From Camelus ferus (lineage: Eukaryota): a DNA stretch of 64,000 bases. The translations under genes were made by a program, and so were the position numbers. The stretch is taken from assembly GCF_009834535.1 (NCBI RefSeq), contig NC_045697.1, positions 68,946,001 to 69,010,000 on the forward strand, read 5' to 3'. The number at the start of each line of letters is the position of its first letter. Position 1 is the first letter of the stretch. Positions 54,412 to 64,000 of this stretch are shown here, one piece after another. Under the pieces are notes generated by a model, which saw only the letters and a list, made by a program, of their open reading frames with translations, did not search any database and had not been told where the DNA came from.

Positions 54412-54573
54412 AAACTGAGGTTTATAGTACGCTGGACCTAGTGTGCTGTCACTTGCAGGTGGAAAATGTTTTATAATACTGTCATCCTCATTAATATGAT
54501 AACCGTACGACCGTCCACAAGGAATTGAAGGAACATCAACACTTCTGGAAACTGTAAGTGCCCTTGAAATTTT
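54412..54573 (-). CDS. STPG2: STPG2 internal coding exon (162 nt, phase 0 to 0)
   Basis: Acceptor ttttttaacag|AAA and donor TTT|gtaagt. Translates KISRALTVSRSVDVPSIPCGRSYGYHINEDDSIIKHFPPASDSTLGPAYYKPQF, matching recalled STPG2. Confidence 0.95.
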
Positions 54574-57130
54574 CTGTTAAAAAAACATACTATATTATGT
54601 ACTCAAAGTAAGAGAAGGAATGAAGAACCTAATATTAAAACTTACTAAAAGACAGCTATTAAATATTGACTTGACTTTTATAATATAAACCAAAAAATCT
54701 GTCTATAAAAGTAATTTAAAAGTCAGTCTTATCTCATAATGTAAACCAAGATTTAACCAAATTACTATTAAATAGTAATACAAATCAAATCACTCTGAAA
54801 GTCATCTTTGGAGGCAAGGAATCTTTCACTTGGCTGTTATTTATCTTGCTTACTAAAGCAAGTAATACTGATTCCAAAAAACAGGCATTAATTCCTACAT
54901 CCACATCACCAATCAGCAGTTCAAGGTGGTTATGTGCACTGTGCTATCATAGTATCTGCCAGGCAAAAACAAATTTTATACTTTTCTGTAACATTTCTCA
55001 GCTTCATTCTTTCCCAGCTCCTGACTTACTTCCATCTTACTGGTGCCCTGTATAAATATCCTAATTTTGCAGACTATGTAGCAAGGGAAATATCTATGAT
55101 ATAATGCTAAATGGTAATTTAAAAATATAAAATGTAACACTCAATTTATGACTATAGCTAGGTAAGCTATGTAAAATTATATATAAATGTCTAAAGTCAT
55201 ATACATATATGATTTGAATCTGAAAGGAATTATGCAAAAATTAACAGAATTATCACTGTTAGAGTCTGAAATTTTAGGGTGATTATCTTTTCAAAATTTC
55301 CTTTCATGTAAAATATTTTATAATTTAAATAAAAACAGGAAGGAATAACATATATTAGAAGTACTAGTATAAAATATATCAAATAAAATACTGGCATTTA
55401 AATAATTTAGTTATCTGAAAAATTATTAAGAATGTATCGATCCTACGTAGTTTTTATATAAATAACTAAATGCTATAGTTGAGTGCACACATGCCCAATA
55501 TACAATTATGTTATAAACATACCACCACTGGTAGGATTTTACTTTTTTTTTTTTTTAACCACTAGAGACAACTATGAAGTAGTTTCAGTGATATTTATGA
55601 AACTGGTTACCAAATTAAAACTGGAAAGTATTGAATGGTTTCCTTCCCATTCACTGCTTTCAAAAAGTATTTGCATGATGTCAAGACTTTCCAAAATGTA
55701 GCTTCAACCTCCTTCTCAATCCTCTATTCCTATCACTCTCCCTTAGATCCTAAATTCCAAATATTCCAAAAGAACTTTGTTCTTCCCTGAACATTATCAC
55801 ACCATTAAATAATTCAATGTCTTTATTCATAAGGTTTTCTCCATCTGAAGTGTTTTCTCAAATTCTTTTTAACTCCTCAGTGAATCCTTCAAGATCCAGT
55901 TTGACTACGATATCACTATTTCCTCAAAAACTCTGTACTTTGGACACTTAGTAAAAAATTTATTATGATATATGTTTATCAAAACAGCATTTCATCAACT
56001 GTTTTGTACTAGATTTCATTCACTACTTCCCTATTAAAATTATAGATTCCAAGGAGCAGTGATCTGTCTTCTGTGTATTATCAGTGCCTAGCTTTATGTC
56101 TGACACACGTAATTACTCAAAAAATATCTAATAAACACTTGGCATGTATAAACAGACATTTACTTTGTCCCCATGCATTAAAGAGCTGATATTTAAATAT
56201 ACTTATAAAACTTAACCTCATTGTCATTACACTGACATTATTCAACTGAGAACTTAGCACTAAAATATATCCTCCTAAACAAAGAACTGATTAAAATTTA
56301 ATTAATATAAACTATGTGAAGGACTTGTGGAAAGAGGAGAGGGAACTACTCTAAACAAACTATGACCAAAATCTGCTAGATTATATTATTTATTTTAAAG
56401 GGGTAAGCCTTTGGTATAAAAGTTATTCATTATATAACACCAATGTACCTTTCTAAACAGTGTCACCTGCTGGTCTCCTACACAAATCCTTCACTCCAAT
56501 CAGAATCATCTTCTCATTGTCCTTCATAAGATCCCACTTTCCTATCTTTATTCATGAAGTTCTCCATGCCTAGAATGCATATTCCAACCCTATTCTTCAA
56601 AGTCAACCTCATCTATAAATCCTCTACAAATTATATCTTCCCATAATACAGCAGTCTTCCTTTAAATTCCTACGGCATTTAATTACATGATCATTCATTT
56701 AGCACCTGTCACATTTCATCTTGCATTAGTAACAATCTACATATCTCTCTCCCATTTTAAGCTTTTTAATTTCAGGAGTCATGTTTTAAATTCCACTGTA
56801 TTATTAACAGTACTTAACACAGAGTTTCCTCTATATAAAGAGGTAAACCACTAAAGTAGTTTTTTAAATCTCCCTTACTTTCTATTCACCATAGACATTA
56901 GAAGTGATTACAGATTCATCAAAAGCAAATATGAAGTCAAATGTTAATACTAAGGTTTATAAACATCAAATACCCATTTAATTATGAACTACAATATACT
57001 AATAATACTAATAAACCTACTAATTTTTATAGTATGTTTTTTTAAATGTACTTATCACATAAAATATTAAACTTTTTCTATTTTATTTTAAATTTTAAAA
57101 AGTCATTAGAAGCATAATTTAAAGTCCCCC

Positions 57131-57283
57131 CAGGGAACTATATTCAGTATCCTGTAGTAACCTATAAAGAAAAAGAACATGAAAACGAATATATGTGTGT
57201 ATATGTATGACTGAAACATTATGCTGCACACCAGAAATTGACACACTGTAAACTGACTCTGCTTGAAGAAAAAAGAAAAAAAA
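57131..57283 (+). mobile_element. Short L1 3' end with A-rich tail
   Basis: cagggaactatattcagtatcctgtagtaaccta..tatgtatgactgaaacattatgctgcacaccagaaattgacac..gtaaactgact plus A-tail. No clear TSD seen. Confidence 0.85.
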
Positions 57284-57294
57284 CTGCAACGTAC

Positions 57295-57453
57295 TGCCTG
57301 AAGACGCTCTTTAGACACCAGCACTTCTCTGTTTATGAGATCTAATGTTCCAGGATAAGACCGATCATAGCTTGCTGGTCCTGGACCATCTGAAATAAAC
57401 GTCTTAAAACGTTTCTCCCGGTTTTGTAGACTATGGCCTCCTTTTATATTATA
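57295..57453 (-). CDS. STPG2: STPG2 internal coding exon (159 nt, phase 0 to 0)
   Basis: Acceptor ttttctctccaatttag|TAT and donor GCA|gtacgt. Open frame YNIKGGHSLQNREKRFKTFISDGPGPASYDRSYPGTLDLINREVLVSKERLQA contains a DGPGPxSY repeat and resembles recalled mouse Stpg2 (YNIRGGRSLQNREKRF..SDGPGP). The donor position is less certain than the acceptor. Confidence 0.85.
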
Positions 57454-57552
57454 CTAAATTGGAGAGAAAAATATGAAATAATTAAAAGAAACACTTTTTA
57501 ATTAATATCTATTTGATAAATATTACATATTAATACGAACAAATAGTTTTAA

Positions 57553-58092
57553 AACTCAGCCTAAGAAAGTTAAGGCTGTTGACTGAAGACGTTCTCTAAT
57601 GAGAGAGGATAATGAGAGAATGACAATTATAGCCAACAGTTTTAACGCCGAACTCAAACTAAAATTTACTGTACTTTGAACACTCTGAGAGAATGCAACA
57701 CTTAGTTTGAAAACAGGAATCAGAGACAAAAGAGTCTCCAAAGTTATAGAGCAAAAATAAAGAGAGTTTATAGGCCCCGGGAGAATCTGTACCTCCGAAA
57801 TAAGCTAAAAATGCTCATATTACAGGGAAAAAGCAAACTTTCCAGGCTTGCTTCGGATTAATCATTTTCATGAAAAACATTTTGGTCACGTTCAGGGATG
57901 TTTATGCAGTCTTACTGGCAACAACTTGATTCTATGCTCAGGCTAGTTTTAAACACTGCTTATTGCAGAGAAGGTATGGGGGGGAATCTTCCACGGCTCT
58001 CCACGCCACGTATCTGGATTCTTTGGAAGCAGAAAATTATCAACTGGCTAACAGCCAGTTAATTCACATAAAATTCCATCGTATTAGTTTCA
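57553..58092 (-). mobile_element. Probable ERV solo LTR (ERV1-like), same orientation as STPG2
   Basis: About 540 bp, CpG-retaining block in an AT-rich intron. Minus strand starts TGAAAC and has CCTATAAA (57767-57774), then an AGTAAA poly(A)-type signal (57665-57670) and a U5-like end (ctttcttaggctga). Family not identified. Confidence 0.55.
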
Positions 58093-60964
58093 ATAAACAG
58101 TCATGATGCAGTCATTTCAAAGATAATTCATATTAATAGTTGTTGGCATTTGATAAGGGTTTTTTTTAAGTTACTGATTTACCAACAGGACTCTTCACAT
58201 GGGGTGTACATGGCAGTTGTTCACAACCACTATTAAGTGAGCCTGTCTCTGGTTTGCGTCTTATTCAGCTGCAATCAGCTTTTAAGAAATGCACAAAAGA
58301 GGTCTTTTTAAAAATGAGTCAAATTATATTCTTAGACAGAATTGATTACTGTTTTAATTACTACTTGATTACTGTTTTAATAAGATCACAATTCCCATGT
58401 TTAAAGAGTTTGGATCTGTAACAGTAGACTTGAATGCTTTTGTAAAACATTAGCATTACAAGTTAGATTTTAAAAAATCATGTGAAAAGAAAAGATCTCC
58501 TCAAATTGTAATTCTTTGAAAGCCAATGTTATAGTCTCTATCATGTGCCATTTATATCAAATACTTCAACAGAAGATGGTAAAATCAACCTAATTTGATT
58601 TTTTTTAATCTGTGGTACAACTTAACCAAGACTTTTTTTTAATTATTCATACTTATCAATTCTACTAATTTTATAAAAGGTTACGAAAGGAATTTCCATA
58701 TGTCAGATAAGTGACCTAAAAATTATATTACAAAAAAAGATACATTTTATATCAAAACCTGTAAGAAAAAAGTCTTACTACTTTGTGAGTACTGTGCTTT
58801 GTGCATATGCTAGGGTTATCAGGTGAATTTATATTGTCAGCAATCCCCAGCACTACAGGAGGTAGAGCCTCATCAGAAGGGTGAGGCCATGCACTGTATC
58901 ACATATGCTAGCCTATCATTCAGCTCTAATCAAAAATAAAGCCTAACTTGGACATCTATTCCTAGGCCTGGCTAATGAAAAATAAGAAGTAAACTATTTA
59001 TCTGGGAGATCACCACATCTAAAACCACTCTGTAGTAAGGAACAAAATGATAACTGCTATGTAGAGACAGGTCAGAAACTAGAGGAGAATAGAACCAGAA
59101 AACATAAGTGAAATCTGTACTGACATTTTAGAGTGGGAATCATCTTAGGAAACAGGATATGTTTGTTCTGTGTGTGACTTAATAAACACGTGACTTAGTA
59201 AGCTAATTATCAAAGGATAAGAACCTACATCTTGTAAATTTGATTCTTCTGCTTATTTCCTTAATTTCTTTTATGTTCTTTCCTACTAAGCAAAATTTCT
59301 TTTGAAAAAAATTAACATACTTCAGATATGCTACAGGAAGCAAAGGAAATTATTTTGCCTATAACTGGGCAAGAGCTGTAAAGGCAAAAATTAGACCCCA
59401 GCTTTGGAATACCAGTCACAACCATAACCAAAGTAAAGCAACCGTAAGAGGAAGAGAGAAATAGAGAAGACCAAGTTGGGGCACACAGCTTCCATTCCTA
59501 AATGTTCTGCCTTTATAAAAGCTTCGAGCATTCTGTATTTAACAGTGGAGACAACTATCACAACTACAACCCACATTTTCAGTTTTTTAAATTTCACTTG
59601 AAGTCTCCAAGTAATATTTACTGACCAACTGCTGATAGAAAGCAACATTTCAACCTACAGTTCCAAAAGAAAAGTATAAAAATAAATTGTTAAATATATG
59701 CATTAATTTCCAGTAAGAGTATCTCTTTAATTACCTAATATACTATTTACAGAATTAATATGTAACTTATGTCACATTATAAACATATTTACTAATTCAG
59801 CTATTTAAAATGAAATGGACTTTATTTTTCAAATATGATAAATTCACACTTCCTGAACTTCTAAAAGTTCTGCAAGAATAAAACTACAAAAAAAAAAAAA
59901 TCCAGCAACTGTGTAAATAAGTAATAAGTCATTTTTTAAACCAAGGAAATCAATCTTCTCCTGGTATTTGTTTTTAATTTTAAGAAAAATAGAGAATACT
60001 AGAACTCTTTTTTTCTTAGATCACCCATCATACAAAAAAGCACATTTTTAAATTTTTTATTCTTGAAATCTAAAAAATGTACCCAATTTGGAATAAAATA
60101 AAATTTGATCTAAACTGCACTTTATATTATTTTACATGTGGAATCAACTATATGAGAATTAAAATAATACTCCAAAATCCTGATACTTGTCATATTTAAC
60201 AAGTTTGAAATCTACATATTATGTATTTTACTATATCTCCCTCTTGGAATACTGGAGTTATACTAGGCTTAAGAAGGGAAATCTTGGTAGAACTAGCAAG
60301 CCCATACACCCATAATATGCTGGTCTGATCTGTGAGCCATGGAGCGGAAGCAGGAGTGGCACTTCTAATGACTACATCTAATGACCACTATGGAATGTTG
60401 TGCTTTTTGTGCCCTAGGCTCTAGTTTTACGGAGGTTTTAAAACCCCAGGGAGAAGCAAGATGTGTTCTCCTGAACTGACAGTTGAAACTACCAACTGGC
60501 CATTCCAGGTTCTTTATGCTACCAAGCAGAAAACAAAATAAGCAGGTTTGTGTATTGGCTGGGGTGATCAACTCCGACCAGGACAGAAAAACAGGATTAA
60601 TGGGAGTCAAGAGGAATGTGGTGGAATGGAACCCAAGGACACCCTGCAGAGCCTCCTAACACCAAGTAAAAATGCTAAGAGCAAGTTTACTTAAAGGTTT
60701 AAGAAGTAAGCCAAAGAACTAACAGCTCAGACATCTTGGATCTAAAGATTCTGGTCATCCCACTAAGCTAGAACTCCACCAGACAAAGTTCTTGATGAAG
60801 AGATGGGGACCAGGGAATGAGTAACGGAAAAATCTTAAGCTACCTATAGCTTCGTGATCAGTTGCAGACACAAAACAGGTCCCCACCTGTGTTTCCTTGC
60901 TTCGTATATCACTTTCTTTCATTTTCCCTCTATTTCTTTCCCCTTTCTATTGTAAAATGGCAAC

Positions 60965-61195
60965 ACTAAGAATGGTTAAAATTTATTGAAGGCCAACTAT
61001 AATCAGGCACTATTCTTAATGCTTATTAATATATTTAATCCTTAGAAAAAGCCTACAAAGTTATTACCCCTACTTAATCAATAAGGAAACCACTAATCTC
61101 CTAGGGCCTTGGTAAGTCTCACAGCTAGTTAAGTGGCAGAGACAGATTCTGAATCTAGGCAGTCCAGCTCCAGAGCCCACACTCCTAACCACTTC
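60965..61195 (-). mobile_element. MIR SINE
   Basis: cacagctagttaagtggcagagacagattctgaatctaggcagtccagctccagagcccacactcctaaccact closely follows the MIR consensus in reverse. Confidence 0.85.
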
Positions 61196-61499
61196 TTCAT
61201 AATGAGACATTAATCTCATATTATAGTTACCATTTAATCTATAAGTTGCAGAATAATGAAATAGGAATATGAAAGAACAGAAGAAATGGCCTTAATCAGG
61301 ATTCATTTGGTAGTAACACTGTAATTTCATCTTTGAATGCAGTAGCTAGACATTTGTTTGACTGTTTCTGAGAAAGTACACTTGAAAACTGTACATAAAA
61401 TAATTGCATTTTTAAAAATTATATAAATGGGAAGAAGTGTGTGTATTTTGTGTGCATGAGAGAAGAGAACTGGTCAGTCAAGGGGTGAAATGTAATGGA

Positions 61500-61980
61500 A
61501 ATCTACTGCTTTTAACTGTCCAGCATCCCTTCTATTATCTGCTCATAATAGCTTATTTGCCACCCTTGGGACAATCAAACCTCTCCTATACTTTGTGGTT
61601 TTAAAGGAGCTTCCAAACACAGGAATCCCTGACCCAGGAATCACAGATGTGGGTCCATAATAACACTGGACCAGATTCTTCCTACTGGTCATTTTAATCT
61701 TAATTTAGTCTTTAATCTTTAATCTTTATGCTATCACACATAAAAAGTGAAAGGAAATTATAGAATTAAGTTACCTAACAGCAGTTTCCCATTGAATGAT
61801 GCAGAAGTTCTTACTACTGAAATACCTAGAATTATCTTAGTCCTATCCTTAAGATCTGACTGTTCAATTCCTCCTGCAAGTCTATGAGCCACTCAAGTAC
61901 TTACCTATGAATTTATTACAAACCTAGTATCTGTCTTAAAAGTCTGTTTTATTGTTTGCAACCAAAAACCCCTAATGGTT
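61500..61980 (+). mobile_element. Old MLT1-family LTR
   Basis: ttaactgtccagcatcccttct at the start and gtctgttttattgtttgcaaccaaaaacccctaa at the end. Confidence 0.5.
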
Positions 61981-62425
61981 AGAATCATTTCCTTTAACAA
62001 TTCAGGAAGTCTAATGCAAAAATTAAGGCATCAATGCACAGATCCAGGCCTCCAACAGCTGGCACACAAACCAATTCCTTCACTCTGCTACCATCCTTAT
62101 TCTACGTATTTTGACCATTTGTACAAATTTCGTGGGCCTTAATTCATTCAACAGTCTTATTCTCCCATTCAGGAGTCTCAAGGACCATGAAGCATGTAAC
62201 AATGGTTTATGTCTTGTAGAATATACGGAAGAGTGATCAACACCCAACCAGACAACCAACACTGAACACATTTATTTTTCTCTTATTCTAATTACAAAAT
62301 ACAGATTGAAGGTGAAAGAAGGTAATATGAAGGGAAAATAAAATATGACAAATGACATGTTAGTTTATGAGAGGAAGAAAGCATGACTTTTATTAACTCA
62401 ATTATAGTAATGATTATAAATTTAC

Positions 62426-62538
62426 CTGCACTTCTGAAACATCATAGTGTCCTGGACCTGGAACAGCTTTCTCAGTGTTAGAAGCAACAGTTAAAGTACT
62501 TTCTCTGGCAGCCAGAGAAAGGAATGGTGCATAGCCAC
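62426..62538 (-). CDS. STPG2: STPG2 internal coding exon (113 nt, phase 1 to 0; first exon after the ATG exon)
   Basis: Acceptor ttttacag|GT and donor CAG|gtaaat. Translates (G)GYAPFLSLAARESTLTVASNTEKAVPGPGHYDVSEVQ, matching my recollection of mammalian STPG2 (APFLSL-ARES...KAVPGPGHY). Overlaps ORF 62414..62623. Confidence 0.95.
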
Positions 62539-63759
62539 CTGTAAAAGTAAAATCACACCGCTGGTGGATAAGATAGGATTCTAATGATTTCAGAGAAAAA
62601 ACACTCAAAATATAAAAAATCATTTAGTAACCTCAATTGCTGAAACCATATTATCAAAACTAAGAAAAAAAAGCTACAGAAGTTGTTGCATTTTAAAAAT
62701 TCTCTGTACGAGCCAAATTTGCGTTAATGTATATTAAATACAAAAACCTACAGAACTAGACTTCCTAAACAGGAAAAAATACCTAAAGAAAATAAAACAA
62801 AATAAACTTTTTTTTCCTCTAAGCATATCTGGCTGGGATGAAAATGACAGTCATATTTAACTGGTAAGATATTTTCATCCTCAGAAGACCACAGTTTTAT
62901 ATTCTGGAAAAACATATATTATTTACAGAGAGTAGCATAAATGAATTTGTAGAGAGAGCCTAGATAGAAACAATTTAAAGTGAGCATACAGCAAATAATT
63001 AATAACGTTTCCTTGCTTTGGTACATAGCTGGCACTCAGTAAATATTTCTTGATTGCCTGACCCCAAACAAAGGTTTATAAATCCAAGACACAATCATAA
63101 GATTAGACACACGCAGTAAATAGTAGACATACTCAGTCTGCTGAAAGATTGATAAAGTTTTTAAAGCAATGTATCAAGAAAATGAGCACAGTTTAAGCAA
63201 CATAGATACTAAGGAAGAAATGGGAGAAACTAGAGCAGCTATGTTCAACAGGTAGTAAAAGAATCAAAGTGAAGACTCAAAACATGTGAGAATCTTACAC
63301 ACCTAAGAAAAACGTACACTATGAGGATATATGGTGATAATTAGTAAAGTTTAAAAGCTTGCTAATCTAGACTAATAAGATATTTTGAAAACTAGAAATA
63401 ACATTTCTTTTGAGGCCCTCGTGTTTTAAAATACAACTGAAATCAAGAATTATTTATTTCTGTTAGGTACTGAAGCACAAAAGAAGTAAGTAAAATATAG
63501 ACCTTATCCTTAAAAAGCAACAACCTACTGAAGCATTAAGAAAAATATTTAATTTTAGACATGGAAAAATATCTGAAGTGCTAAAATATTCAGAGGATCA
63601 GTAAGAGGGGAAGTTCTCAACCACACTGAAGTGATTAGAAAAAGTATCAGTACAAAGAAGTGTAGCTGGTAAACCCAAAGTGGCGATAAAAACAGAGCTA
63701 TTTAAAAAGAAAACTCAAATCATTCAGCTACGATAGGGAAAGAAGAAAAAAGAAATGAG

Positions 63760-64000
63760 GAACAGAGAGATAAACAGAAAACAAGTAACAAGAGCATAAA
63801 TTTAAACACAACAATATTATAATTAAATTACATGGAGAAGTTCTCAACAGCCCAATTAAAAGGTAGATTGTCCGACTGGATAATAAAGACCCAACATTAT
63901 GCAGTCCATAGGAAACCCTCTTAAAACAAAGACACAAAGGTTAAAAACAAAAGGATAAAAAATATATATACCATATACCCATGAATCAAAGAAAGCTGGA
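63760..64000 (+). mobile_element. Old L1 ORF2 5' fragment, runs off the window
   Basis: cccaattaaaagg..agattgtccgactggat..gacccaacattatgc..aatcaaagaaagctgga resembles the endonuclease N-terminus. Confidence 0.75.

Overview
AT-rich, repeat-dense mammalian genomic DNA, most likely from a camelid (alpaca, llama or camel), judged from a camelid-type tRNA-derived SINE at 38241-38366 and camelid/artiodactyl-type L1 3' ends. The only supportable protein-coding content is five internal exons of STPG2 (sperm-tail PG-rich repeat containing 2) on the minus strand: 62538-62426, 57453-57295, 54573-54412, 47318-47206 and 44252-44141. All have GT-AG boundaries with compatible phases and splice into an open 659-nt frame with PGPGxY-type repeats. 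The ATG exon lies beyond the right edge, and I found no further STPG2-like exon in 1-44140, so that part is read as one large intron. The rest is L1 (including an 11-kb cluster at about 32-43 kb and a rearranged element at 13-17 kb), L2, MIR, MaLR/ERV LTRs, DNA transposon fossils and microsatellites. Nearly all ORFs in the track are repeat-derived or spurious. I do not see a novel biological system. The best second-look items are an STPG2 exon squeezed between a sense-oriented, young-looking LTR and an L1 tail, two candidate cryptic micro-exons, a divergent CTCF motif pair, an intronic RFX X-box, and two tail-to-tail L1 junctions. Repeat family names and orthologue comparisons come from memory, not from database searches.
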